A DNA stretch of 63,999 bases, the filler included, from Piptocephalis cylindrospora (lineage: Eukaryota), in the NCBI GenBank assembly GCA_003614145.1. It is 22 parts of 22 records of this genome, joined end to end, with 100 filler letters (N's around TTAATTAATTAA, not from the genome) between each part and the next. Parts side by side here need not be neighbours in the genome. Positions count along the whole stretch, not along the records: positions 23,470 to 26,321 come from KZ988826.1; positions 26,422 to 29,268 come from KZ988827.1; positions 29,369 to 32,215 come from KZ988828.1; positions 32,316 to 35,160 come from KZ988829.1; positions 35,261 to 38,102 come from KZ988830.1; 17 more parts are not named here. One strand, written 5' to 3'. The notes beneath the pieces are model-generated. The model did not search any database, was not told the origin of the DNA, and worked only from the letters and a program-made list of their open reading frames with translations. Below are positions 25,963 through 38,102 of this stretch, in pieces; the first letter of the stretch is position 1; each line of letters opens with the position of its first letter. Both the position numbers and the translations under genes were made by a program.

Positions 25963-26421
25963 TTCTGTATGGGTGTGATCCTTCCTAATTGTTGACAGGA
26001 TCCTCCCTACCTTCGTGTCTCCGTATCCCCCCCGTATGTGTGCCTTCTTGTGTTCGTGTACTTTGTGATCAAGTAGAGGGAGTGATGATTCTTGGGCCCT
26101 TTGGGGCCTTCTCCCTCGCCAAAACACCATTTTTTCTTTTTCTGAAGCAAGCCTGTTGTTTATACTTTATTATTATTATTATTATTTGTAAGGCGAGAAG
26201 GACTGAGATGATCGGGTATGTGTGCAAAGTCGCTGTTTTCTCTCATCAGCTGCCCTCACGTGGAGGCAGAACCTTTAATCACTCTGGAGGTCACATGGAC
26301 ATTTGAATCATCAAGCAAGCGNNNNNNNNNNNNNNNNNNNNNNNNNNNNNNNNNNNNNNNNNNNNTTAATTAATTAANNNNNNNNNNNNNNNNNNNNNNN
26401 NNNNNNNNNNNNNNNNNNNNN

Positions 26422-28574
26422 GGGCCATGGCAGCCAAGGAAAGCTGAGCCGAGGTGGGAGGAGGGGCGCCGGTCGAATCCACACCCACCTCAGGCTGAGC
26501 CTGAGATATGGCCGGGGACGAGGTGGGAGGGGCGGAGGAGGAGGCAGCATCGGCACTAGAGGCAGCGGCAGCCTGTCTAGATTGAGCCAACAGTTCCAAG
26601 GCCTTCTGAGGATTACTTTGAAGGAGACCAAGAAAGTTGGCCTGGACAGCCTGAGCCTGATTCATCTGAGCTGCAGCAGCGGCCTGGGAGACCTTGCGGG
26701 CAGCGGAAGCCGAAGCAATTGAGGCCCTCTTACCACCAGGAGTACTGACAGAGGTAGTGGAGGTGGCAGGGACGGAGGTGGGAGGAATGGAGGGGGAGGA
26801 GACGGAAGAGACAGGCATGGCCAAGGACATGGGAGGTTGAGAAATGGGGGCAGCTTCAGCTAGGGTAGGCATGGAGGGGGCGGAGGTGGAAGCGGCAGCG
26901 GCAGCGGCGGCGGCAGCAGCAGCAGCCTTCTTTGCCGCAGCCGTGGAGCCACTCTTACTGGATCTACTACGCTTAGCAGGTCTGGCCGGCTCACCCTCTC
27001 CATCCCCTGAGGCCTTACCCGAGGCAGGGGCAAGTGGGATGGTGGATGGGGTGATGGAAGTCTTGGAGGCGGAGGATCCCTGACCTCTGGACCTCTTCCC
27101 CCCGGTAGGGATGGCCGGGGTGGAAGTGGTGGAGGTGGTAGGAGCGGAGGTGGGTGGCATGGAGGTGGCGGGGAGGTTGGCTGGGGACATGGAGGCACCG
27201 GGGACAGGAGAAGAGTCGGCAGCCACCGTAGCAGTAGCAGCGGCAGCAGAGGACTTGCCGGAGGTGGTGGGAGCAGAACGTTTCTTGCCCCCAGAGGAGG
27301 GAGTGGGAGTGGGAGTGGAGGCGGAGACACCAGAGACAGTGGCGGTGGCCGAGGCGGTGGAGGGAGAGGAGCCCGATTTGTCCTTTTCACCGCTGGTAGA
27401 GCTCAAGGGCACGAGAGAGTGCATAGGGCGGGGGAGTCGAAGACCGGATAGACGAACGTCGATCTTACCACGATGAGCGGCATGGACACCACCAACGAGG
27501 ACACTTCGGTTCCCCGAGTTGATCACCTCCGTTAGCCTCTCCAGAGGGGTGAGGCCTTTATTAGCGGAGATGTAATGGAAGCGGACGTGCCTCTGGATGA
27601 AGAGATGGATGAGTCAGCAGAGCTATTTTAAATGTTAGACTCTAGTAGAACGGAGAAAAACCCACCTCCTTGAGCTCCTGGGCCACTTCGGACAATGACC
27701 AGTGATCGTACTTTGGCGAGTCATTGGCCCGGACTTGAAGGGTATGGGGTAAGGTGGCAGCACATAGCACAACGTGCTGCTCCACTAGAGGATCGGTTCG
27801 CATACGCTTCCTCTGATCAAATAGCTAGGATAGGATGGGGAAGAGAAAGGGTGGGTGGGGAGGAAAAGAGAAGAGGGGAAAAGAGGGGGGAAGAGAAGAA
27901 AAGGAACCTACCTCAAGTGCAGCGGTCAATCCTTCAGCAACGGCATTCTTTGAGGCACCCCCGCCGGAGAAGCGGGAGATAGAGGGGCCCTCGAGCAGGG
28001 AGGCGCCACGGCGAAAGGACCTCTTTTCCACAACGTAGGAGGAGTAGGGTGGATAATCGCCGTAGAGAACCATGGCACACTCCAACTGAGGATCAGGAAT
28101 GGGATTTTTTTCATCTGGCAGAGGCTTTTCCTCAAGTTGCCTATTACAATGGAGGGGAAGGGGAGGGAGATGGTTAGGATGAGCATGATCCTGCAGACCC
28201 TCCTTTTCCCTCTCTTCCCCAACTTACTTTGCAAGAGGAAGAAGGTAATCGTCGAGTAAAAGAGGGAAACGAGAAGCCATACGAGCAGTGTCCTCGATGA
28301 CATAGATACACTGGACGATGGTAGCACCGGTAGGGGGAGGATGAAGGATATGAGGAGGAGAAGGGGAGGGGGCAGGGGAGACGGGACGGGCAGCGGGGGC
28401 ATCTGAGCCGGAAGTGGTATGTGCAGTGGGGAGTTGAGGCGGTGGGGGCTGTTGCTGTGAGGCGGAATCAGTGGTGGCAATGTTCTTTGCCGAGGCACTG
28501 TCAATAGGGGTGACAGGCTGATTCGGAGTCAGAGAGGGGACAGCCGAGGACGTCAGAGGCGCTTGAAGAGCCAT
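26422..28574 (-). CDS. MED25: Mediator subunit 25 (VWA domain), exons 28574-28228, 28140-27912, 27824-27667, 27593-26422; 3' truncated
   Basis: Spliced product QCIYVIEDTARMASRFPLLLDDYLLPLAK...CAMVLYGDY...RFSGGGASKNAVAEGLTAALELFDQRKRMR...HVVLCAATLPH...QELKERHVRFHYIS parallels the animal/plant Med25 VWA domain (VVFVIEGTA..YLLP..F.GGG...AEGL..ALQLFD). Confidence 0.8.
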
Positions 28575-29753
28575 GATAATCTGACGGAAGAGCGATGGGG
28601 AGGAGAGGGCGAGAGAAAGGTGCTGGAGGCAGAGAGAGAGGGAGAGGGAGAGGGGGAGAAGGGGGTGGAGTGGGTGAGTGGATAGAAGTGGGGAGGAGGG
28701 AGAGGGAAGGGGGAAGGAGACGTCGAAGAAGAGAACCGCAGAGGAAGGCACTGAGCTCCACGGGAAGGGAGAGGGGGGAAGGAAGGAAGAAAGAAAGGAT
28801 AATGGACTGTACGGGAGAAGGAAGCAGTGTGAGCGAAAGATCACAGAGTCAGTAAAACGACTGTCGAAGGAGAAGAAAGGCCGAGGATGGCGGGGTGGGG
28901 GAGGGGCGGGTGGGGGAAGTGAAGAAGAAAGAGAGGCTTGGCTGGGCGGGGAAGGAGGAGAAGCGGAGGAGTGGGTAAAGTAGGGTGGAGAGGAGGGAAG
29001 GGAGTGAGGGTGGGGGGATGAAGGAGTGGATGAGCGGAGGGCAGTGAAGAGGACGTAACGCATGTCTTGGCTGTGTGTGTGTGCGGGTGCGGGTGTGGAT
29101 ATGTGTGTGTGTGCGAGTATGGCAAAGTGGGGAGTGTGCATAGTTGCTGCCCAGGATAGCCACACACACTCAGCCCTCCATCCACACTGGATAGGGCTCC
29201 GCGCTCTTCACTAGGGCTACAAAGTGAGGCGGGGGAAGGGTCAGCACACATCTATACTGCCACGGAAANNNNNNNNNNNNNNNNNNNNNNNNNNNNNNNN
29301 NNNNNNNNNNNNTTAATTAATTAANNNNNNNNNNNNNNNNNNNNNNNNNNNNNNNNNNNNNNNNNNNNGTGCTGGGCAACATGTACTGCTAATCTGGATT
29401 GGTTCTCTCTCCTGACTCCGCCCATATCTCCCTAGTCCTTGTTCCTTCCTCCTCCGCGCATCCCCGTTGAATCCTGCATAGCCTTTTATATCCTTGATCT
29501 GGCCATGTCGAATCAGAAGCAGTCCAGTAAGTGTGGGTGCCATCGCAATTGTTCCTGCATGCTCTCTCCACATGATATCGGCTGAAACGCTTATTCTGAC
29601 ACTCCGCTCTGATCACCTCAACCTCCCACACGCACAGAAACTTTGCACGTGCGGAGCCATGCTTCAGAGAATAGAGATGCACCCACCACCCGCATCTCCT
29701 CATCCACCGGCCCGGGCGCCACGACATCCAGCTCTCATCCGGTTTCCACTGCC

Positions 29754-32142
29754 ATGGACACCGCCTCCAGATCCGGTCGTGGCTCCTCCAGCTTCCCAAC
29801 CCAGTTTGGGTCCGTCGGGCCGGTCGATACCTCCTCTTGTCCCATCCAGGGAGCGGGCCCCGGACCGGGCATAGCTCCTCCTCTCGCCATGCCCTATCAG
29901 GCGCCCATATCCTCTGTTGCCCCATCCAGCGCGCACCCTTGCCCCTCTACCATCCCCTCTACCATCCCCTCTGCTGCTAGTCCAAGTCCACCTCCCCTCG
30001 TGATTTCGGCCGCTGCCTATCCCCCCCTCACAAGCAGTGCGACACCCACTTCCCACTCACCTACCCATGCAAGTGCCTCCTCATCCCCTTTGACGCCTCC
30101 TCCCCACAAGGTGGAAGTGTCGGAAGAGGATGAAGGGTACAGTACCGACGAAGGTCTGGGCGATGAGGAAGAGGAGGGTGATGAGACGGAAATTCTTACA
30201 GAGAGCGAATCCACCTCCTCATCCACCATCAAGGAGGAAGAAGAGGAGAGCAATACCCACCTCACTTTGGATTCACTCCCTTCCGAAAAGGGCGATCTCC
30301 ACCCTGAGGAACACTCTGACGCTCCACAGCTCCGTGCAAGCCCCCAAGCCTGTCTCTTCGTCGCTAGCCTTTCTGCCGCCAAGACCGAGGATCAGTTGCA
30401 AGAAAGTGTCACATCTCACTTTCGTCGATGGGGCCATCTTCTCAACGTCAAAGTCTTCAAGGATTGGCAACAGAGGCCCTATTCCTTTGTCCAATTTGCT
30501 CGGGTTGAAGACGCCCGTCGTGCCCTCGTTGAGGCCCAAGGCACGGTCGTCGACGAACGTCATGTCCGCATCGAGCCTGCTCGTGTCAACCGCTCCCTCA
30601 TCATTGGTCGTTACGCCATGGATCCTACCTTGGTCACCCGATCCAGCATCGAGGTTTTAGTCGCGAGGTTTGGCACCCTCGAGAGCATCCGTCCTCAGCC
30701 TAACCCAGCTACGGGGGTCCCCGAGGGGTCCGTTTGCGTCAAGTTTGCCTATCGGGAAGACGCCATTCGAGCCTACCTCCACCTCCGTGGTGATCCCGAG
30801 TGGCATGTCGATTGGGCTAGTCAGTATGGTCCCTCCTCCTCGGCCTCGCCCTCTTCATCCGTCTCCCTCCCTACACAGGATCTTCCCGGCGCGGCCAGGC
30901 GTATTGACCGGTGCAGCCTCTTTGTCGGTCAGTTGAACCCTCAGCTCATCACTCAGGTTGACTTGACCTCCCGCTTTGCCCGGTACGGCGAGATGCTCGA
31001 GTGCACCCTAGTCAATCGGTCTCAAGCCACTTCTTTCCCCCGGTGCGCCTTTGCCTTTGTCCGGTATATGCGAGAAGACGCGGCTTCCCGCGCCATTTCC
31101 GGAGAGGATGGGGCTCGATGGTTGGATCGGAACATCCGCGTCCAGTACCGCGAACCCCGTGACCTTCCTTCCTTTCCTGGCTACGGTCAGCCAACCCCTC
31201 CCTCCAGATTCATCTCGCCAGGTGCTCCGGGGGATATTGGGCCCCCTTCGATTATTCCCTACGTTCTTCATCCTTCTGGGCCTGTTGCCACCATGGATAG
31301 CAATCACTCCACAGCCCCTCCCTCCCCCCCAGTCGTCACGAACACATCCGTCCCACCATCTGGAGAAGAATGCTCAACCATTCTCCCTCATCTCGGGTAT
31401 TATCCCGCCTCCACCTGTGGATACTACACCTTTCTCCCGGGCCAGTATCCCCCAGGGAATCCCCAGGCTCTGGCCATGGCTCCAGGCATGATGGGTCGGT
31501 CCACTCTATCCCATCCTCATCCCTCGATGTCCCCCTCTATGGGATCTCATGCCCAGTCCCCCCCCCCCTCCTCCCCCTCCCCCTCCCCCACCTCCTCATC
31601 CCTCTATGTACATGGAGTATCCAACGATGATGGCCCAGACCACCTATCTCCGCCATCCCTCCCAGTTGTACGGGCCTTTAGCGTATGGCCAGGGTATGTC
31701 AAGCCATCCCCCCATCGACTCTATGTCCCATTCCTCTCCGCCCAAGCTCTCCCCCACAGAGAATGGTCAAAAGTACAAGGTCATGATCCCCAAGGGGTCA
31801 TCCACTACGTCTGAGAAGATGGTCAAGGACTCAACCAGGTCTGCCGATCAGGAGACGGAGGCAGGAGTAAGGGATTCTATCGGATCCAAATCCCCGGATC
31901 GCCGTCCAATCCTCACCACTCCCTCACCCCCCTCGGCCCCTCCATCCGTATCCCCGTGTCCCAAGACGCGGGGAGGGAGGGAGGGGAAGGAAAAGGAGCC
32001 TATCATGTCTACGCCCCCCACCACCCCAAGGGTACCCAAGGTTGTGGTGCATCGGTCCAAAGAACCCAGAAGTCCAGGTCAGGAAGATCATCGGACTTCC
32101 AGTAAGGATCATGCACGTCTAGCCAAAGATGGCAAGGCCTGA
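29754..32142 (+). CDS. Rim4-like three-RRM RNA-binding protein; apparent frameshift in a poly-C tract near 31560
   Basis: PQACLFVASLSAAKTEDQLQESVTSHF..VKVFKDWQQRPYSFVQF..RIEPARVNRSL; VKFAYREDAIRA; IDRCSLFVGQL..CAFAFVRY. The start codon is uncertain. Confidence 0.8.
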
Positions 32143-32315
32143 TCCCTAAACACCCTCCCTCCCCTTGCATAATGTGATTGAAATGCCATAGGAAACATTA
32201 TATTATCTTCCAGATNNNNNNNNNNNNNNNNNNNNNNNNNNNNNNNNNNNNNNNNNNNNTTAATTAATTAANNNNNNNNNNNNNNNNNNNNNNNNNNNNN
32301 NNNNNNNNNNNNNNN

Positions 32316-33179
32316 TTACGGAAACCCTCTGGGGCCTTTTGATGAGCAGCACCTACACCAGTCGATGGAGTGTACCGAGGAGATGGTGGGGTGGCGGCAG
32401 GAGGCATCTGATGTGGCTGAAAATGAGTAGGCTTTGAGGAGAAAGGAAGATGCTCCGTAGGCATAGGTGGGGGCATATTGGATGAAGCGGCAAAGGTGGT
32501 AACGGGAGGTGGAGGTGAGCGTAGCTTCTGAGAGTATCCCCGCTGAGGGGATGAAAGAGATGTGGAGGAGGAGGAGGCCGAATTCGGGCTTGACGAGACA
32601 AAGGACTGAGAAGTAGGAGACGAAGAAGAGGCGGTAGTGGGGGATGAGCGAGTAGGGGACGGGCCGGTCGGGGAAGTGGGAGAGGAGTGGAATGGGGGAA
32701 GACAATGGCCAACCCCGTCGTGCAAGCTACTGGCATTACTTGGACGTCGATTGTGAGCCACGTCAGGGGGCATGGGACGTGGGCCAAAGGGATGGGCCGG
32801 GGAGAATGGGGCAGTGGGGAAAGAGGAGGTCCTGCGTCCCGAGGAACCGGATAGGGTCATGAGATTGGTTCGAATGTTGGGTGGAGGAGGAGATCGACGA
32901 TCATCCAATCTATCCTGAGGAAGGGAAGAGTAAGATGTCGAAGGCGAAGGTGTGGAGTAAGAGGAATCTATCAAGGGAGATGAGTCAATGAAACGAAGGA
33001 CTGCACGAGCGAAAGGACGTACCAGATGGCTGCATTTGGCGAAAGATGGAGCGACGACGACGTTCGTATCCTTTGGCGGTCAGCTCTCCTTCCCGATACT
33101 CGATTTCCAAGGTCTCCAAGGCGCTAAGCGTTTCTTCGGGTAAATCCGGAGGGAGGATGAAATCTCCTCCCTGGGACAT
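32316..33179 (-). CDS. CPS1/DIP2-like protein, N-terminal part with DMAP1-binding domain (piece 1)
   Basis: LPPDLPEETLSALETLEIEYREGELTAKGYERRRRSIF is a DMAP_binding motif, followed after a probable short intron by an S/P-rich region. Confidence 0.75.
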
Positions 33180-34238
33180 GTTGAGCTATGGTAGAACGGG
33201 TAGTAGGGGAGGGGAAGGGAGGATGCAGGTGTGATGGGATGGAGCGCGTATTGACAACGCTGCAGAGGGGGAGGGAGTGTGGACAAAGAGAGGAGGGATA
33301 GTAAAGGAAAGAACAACGAGGGAAAGTGAATGTGTGAGGTCTTGGACGACTGGAGACCCGTTACACGTTTCAAAGGGAGGAAAGAGAAGGACCGCTTGGA
33401 CGGAGGGAGGGGCGTGGTGAAGCCGAAAAGGGACCGAATGTTCAAGTTAGGAGCGCCAAGGGTGAAGGGAGGAGCTGACCCAGGACGATTGGGCGTGTAT
33501 ATGGACGGGTAGGCGGGCGGGTGTGGGCACACATCAGGATAAGATATTCTGGGGAGGATGGATCGGGAACAGGGTATGAGGACAAAGCTGTGGGCGATAT
33601 CGTCCCTCACGGAGACCTAGGGGTGTGTGGGCATGAGCATTGGGGAGAATTGTGACGCGGTCTGTTGTAACAACAGCCATGACCCACAACAGGGACAGGG
33701 ACAGGGACAACCCTTAAGTGGTGAGAGGCTGCGCCAAGGAGTCAAGTATGTGTATTGCATATGGGATAAGAACAAGATCATATCTACAATGTGAAGCAAG
33801 TACGCGTGGGCTTGGACTCGATAAGCCCCATGCCTTCTCGCCGTGGGGTCAGTCACCCGGCTGGCACTAATACTCTGCGGTGATACAGGAAATGGCATTC
33901 CTTTTCGCATTTTAAGAGTTTTTCTAATGATGGTGAAAACTGTCATATATTCTCCGGGCGGGGTAAACAAGAATGTCTGGGCACAGCACCTGTCCTAAGA
34001 CCGGTGTTCGTGATGCCAGGGCCCTTGTCCCCATCGCGCACTTTACATAGGGAAGCTCATGGGCGCTACAGACGCCTATCTCCCATACTCGATCCGGAGG
34101 AATCATCGTCATCATGCAGGTCCCTTTTAAAGAGACTTTCTTCATGAACGGCCACTTGTAGTCTATTCAATGATATACAGCATTCCTACATTTATATACT
34201 AAAATAAATTATCTTGAGTGAGCTAGTGTTAGTGTTAG

Positions 34239-34512
34239 CCAAAGTCCTCGAACTTCGTCTCCGCCCAAGGTCCACCTCCTGATCCATCCGGTAAGGAATT
34301 TTCTCTTGATTGATTTGCTTCGTTCCCTTTGTTCAAATCACTTATTCTCATCATATGTATCTTCCCGTACAGCTGGTATCCTTCCTGGAAGACCCTTGCC
34401 GGATAATCTCACAGATAGAAATACTGGTCTTCCCATTAACTCTTTTCCCACTGTCTATCATATTCTGGCTTACCGGGGTCACCAACAAATCATGGAGAAA
34501 CAAGGTGGATCT
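34239..34512 (+). CDS. CPS1/DIP2-like protein, piece 3 (inverted relative to pieces 1-2); intron 34292-34372
   Basis: PKSSNFVSAQGPPPDPS^AGILPGRPLPDNLTDRNTGLPINSFPTVYHILAYRG resembles the segment preceding the first adenylation domain of CPS1. Confidence 0.6.
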
Positions 34513-35160
34513 TCGGGCGGAGACGAAGTTCGAGGACTTTGGGATAGACTGAGCATGGATGGGAGGGGGTAGGGGAGGACGATGATTAATGCCCGTGCCA
34601 GGGACAGAATACATGGAAACACGGGAGATGGAGGTATTGGAAGGAGCAATAGAGCGTGGGGAATTGGGGTAGGGTGAGGCAACGAAATGGCCATTCACCC
34701 TTTCTGGCAAGGTAGAGGGGGAGGAGGGAGGGGAGGGTTCACGAAAGGAGGACTTGTATCTTGCCTGAGCCTCCGCTGACTCCATCATAGTATGAGAAAG
34801 AGGGGCGTGAGGGACAGGAGGAGCTTGCGGGACAAGGGGATGAGAGAAGTCCTGGTGGGGATGAGGGGGGGGATAATGCCCACCCAGAGAAGCTTGATGG
34901 TTGGGCATGATGGCCTGTCGAGGACTGGTTGCGGGGAGAGCAAAAGAGTGAGCGGATTCGGACCGGGAGTGCGACCTGAACTCGGTGGTGGGTGGGACCA
35001 AGGGACTTCCTTGTTCCTCCATTTGGCTAATCCCCGTAATCCTCTGCGTATCCTGTATTGAATGAGACGAGATAGGGCTATATGGGGTGTGTACGAGGGG
35101 ATGAGACGTTGAATGAGGATTAGCCTCGGGAGTCTCCGCTGCCTCAAGACCATTACGGAA
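34513..35160 (-). CDS. CPS1/DIP2-like protein, piece 2 (low-complexity linker)
   Basis: Continues in frame from piece 1 through the TTACGGAA overlap at both contig ends (EGFR|NGLEAA) and ends at PKSSNFVSA, which is shared with piece 3. Confidence 0.6.
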
Positions 35161-36179
35161 NNNNNNNNNNNNNNNNNNNNNNNNNNNNNNNNNNNNNNNN
35201 NNNNTTAATTAATTAANNNNNNNNNNNNNNNNNNNNNNNNNNNNNNNNNNNNNNNNNNNNTGTCTTCTTCACAAAGACCGCCTTCTTCCTCTACCGCTAA
35301 CGCCTCTACATTCGTCCATGAATAATCTTTTAGTGAAGAAGTAAGGTATAAGTAGCTGGACATTCGATCCCTTTTTGCATCAGTCTGAAGAATACATGTC
35401 AAATTTCCCTCCATTTTTCCATCCCCACCTCCCTCGCGAACCCTCCCCTGATTAAGATACCCTTTGATAAGAATTGATTCCAGTTAAGAATACGTCCCTA
35501 AGCCCCATTTTGCCGATCCAAGATTCCTCAAGATAAAGAAATCCAAGCCCTGATTAAGGTTTCCAAGACCAAATTTCAAGCCCTTCTAACTCCATCGTGA
35601 GATTCAGATCTCCATTTCCAACACAACAACGCCTTCAAGAGCGCCATTCAAAATTCCGAAATGGTTCCGAATCCTCATGGATCCATTAGTCAGGAAGTAT
35701 GGTCACTTTCAAGACCACGAACTCCGAAGTCTTCCAGTATTCGGAGTTATCATTCGCCTGGACGATTAATCTGACAATTCAGATACAGCTCGTATCTTCT
35801 GCATGGACACATTTTTTTCTCTGGATAACATAACTTTACACGCTTTCTTAGTAAGGATTGTCTGCTTAGCATCAACCACCATCATCCCCTTCCACGAGCG
35901 GAATCTGAAACAAGATGAGGCCCATGGTGAGAGAAAAAAGTGCTCCCTCTCCGCTCATTTTCGCGACTCTCATGTATAAATATAAGGTCATTAGAAGGAC
36001 TCGGAGATCCATTCATCCATCTCTCTCTCCTTACCTTACCGTTTCTACCACTCCGCAGAGTCCTCATATTTCGTAAAACGATCCCGTGCCTTCCTCTTGC
36101 TGCTTCCAGCCTTACTCTACTTCTTTGACGACCCTTTTCAAATCCTTATTTTCCCAAGCCCCCTTCCCTTCGTTCTATC

Positions 36180-36818
36180 ATGCGTTTTACTTCACTCCTT
36201 CTCATCCCGACAATGGCCACCTTCTCTATCGTATGCGCTATGCCAAGCGGAAGATTAGACTCAGTGAAATCTGAGTCTCTGGACAACCAACTCTCTAAAG
36301 TACAGTTCCCCTCTGATAAAAGTCAGTCCTGGTACTTTAAGGTCGAGGGGGATAGGTCTTTTCCACCGAAAAAGGATGAAGCTACAACCCGTCTGATTCG
36401 TCATGTTCTAAACATTGCGACTCGCTTGGTTTACCTGGGGGGCAGTGAGGCTGGTATTACCCATGGAAAGTTGCAAGATATCGAAGGCCTGAAGGAAAAT
36501 GTGAATATGGTGGAGAACCTCACAACGGGCGGTACTACTCATGGTGTAAATGCCATGGCGATGAAAGGTCTTCATATAATCTGGGAGGATCAATCAGAAA
36601 TGGTAATTCCTAGGTACAAACGCATTATCGATAGTGGCAATGCTTTCTCAAAGTTCAAAAAGAGCCGCCTAATGGTCATGAAGGATCAGATCCTTTATTG
36701 GCTGGCGGTGGTCGGTGCGAATATTCATGAGAAAAAAGGGGAGTATTATCACATCCTTGAGCGCTTAGACAAGGTACAGACCATTGTTGAAAGTGCCTCT
36801 ATTCATCAGCATCACTAG
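36180..36818 (+). CDS. Orphan secreted protein (212 aa)
   Basis: Signal peptide MRFTSLLLIPTMATFSIVCA-MP, intronless ORF, TATAAATATA near 35974. Confidence 0.7.
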   Translation: MRFTSLLLIPTMATFSIVCAMPSGRLDSVKSESLDNQLSKVQFPSDKSQSWYFKVEGDRSFPPKKDEATTRLIRHVLNIATRLVYLGGSEAGITHGKLQDIEGLKENVNMVENLTTGGTTHGVNAMAMKGLHIIWEDQSEMVIPRYKRIIDSGNAFSKFKKSRLMVMKDQILYWLAVVGANIHEKKGEYYHILERLDKVQTIVESASIHQHH

Positions 36819-37575
36819 CATTGATCTGTCGCCTCAGTACTATCATCTCTCGTCTTCTAGGGGATATACTCTCGAGCATTGCTTTTACTGCGGGGGATTG
36901 GATATCCATGGTTTTTGAATACAAGAAGGATTCTTGGAAATGTGCTAGTATGTGATGTGGCGTGTGAGACTTGGGATCAGAGAATGGAGAGAGTAATATT
37001 CAGGGAGGTTCCATATTCGCCAACAGCATCTGACCGTAGGATACGTCAACTGAGCTGTAGATGATGATTAAGCTTGATCATTAGTGGGCTGAAACTTTGA
37101 ACTGTTGATGAACGGCTGTTGAATCACATTGAAATGATATATGATTTGTTTTTGATAAATAATTGTCCGTATCATTCGAGATGGCTAATTTGCGCTTTTC
37201 AGTAGGCCTATCTTTTGAAAATCAACTATATCGCGTTTAATTTTGTATCTCCATTTATTCTATGATTAGGGACATAGGTTCGGAATATTTCCATTGTAGG
37301 ACCGTATCTATTAATATCTACCATAGAAATTTGTTTAATTTTCCTTCTCGTCCTCTTTTAATCAATAATCATTCATGATCTATCCTTAAAAGGAACATTC
37401 TTTCCGATCAACAGGGGGGGAGGAGGAGTGAGGCTAGGATTTGAAGCTAGTACCTCGGTGTATCCTTGACGGTGCTTATGCCGTCAGGTCCTTGCCTCAA
37501 CAAAATTGGTTACAATGACACCGTATATTTATTTGATATTAAACAAGTAAGACCAGTAAACTTGTTTTAAATGTC

Positions 37576-37647
37576 GGTCCTGTAGTGTAATGGTTAGCAC
37601 ATGAGACTCTGACTCTCATAATCTGGGTTCAATTCCCAGCAGGACCT
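37576..37647 (+). tRNA. tRNA-Gln(CTG)
   Basis: Acceptor GGTCCTG/CAGGACC, D-arm GTG-TAATGGTTAG-CAC, anticodon arm TGAGA-CTCTGAC-TCTCA, T-arm CTGGG-TTCAATT-CCCAG, followed by a downstream T-run. Confidence 0.95.
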
Positions 37648-37772
37648 AAGTTACTTTTTCATCTTGGCTGTTGACTGACTATCGTTCTAATGGATATGGA
37701 TAATGGCGGAGATGCAGGTCATTATGGTAAGAAGAGGACCGTTTCTTTTCCTCACTCTCTCCCCAACACACC

Positions 37773-38102
37773 ATGGTCCCAGACTCTTTTTCCACCATGA
37801 ACCAGCAGCAACAACAGCCCCTGACCGATAGCACTACACAGAACGATAATCTCGAGGTCGACGAGGCATTTGCCAACCAGATCCTCTCGGGAGAAGGCGG
37901 GTCAGCACACTTTGGAGAGATCTTACGAGACCTGGAGGCGGCGGATAAGTTTGCAGTGAGTTTAGATTCGCGAGCCGATGCCCTGAACGCTCGTCTGGAG
38001 CAAATGCTCGGGGCTCAAGGAAGGGGGGAGGAGGTGGGGGAGGAGGCGGGGGAGGAGGAGGAGAAGAGACAGGGCCCTTCCCAGACCCCTTCTTCCCCCA
38101 AG
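37773..38102 (+). CDS. Small acidic coiled-coil protein, 3' truncated
   Basis: LRDLEAADKFAVSLDSRADALNARLEQML heptad pattern. Family (possibly UPF0184-like) is uncertain. Confidence 0.45.

Noticed and set aside
37576..37647. tRNA as a suppressor or selenocysteine tRNA (CTGA/TCA near the loop)
   Set aside because: Stem pairing places CTG as the anticodon, and it has a short variable loop and a 7-bp acceptor stem. It is an ordinary tRNA-Gln.
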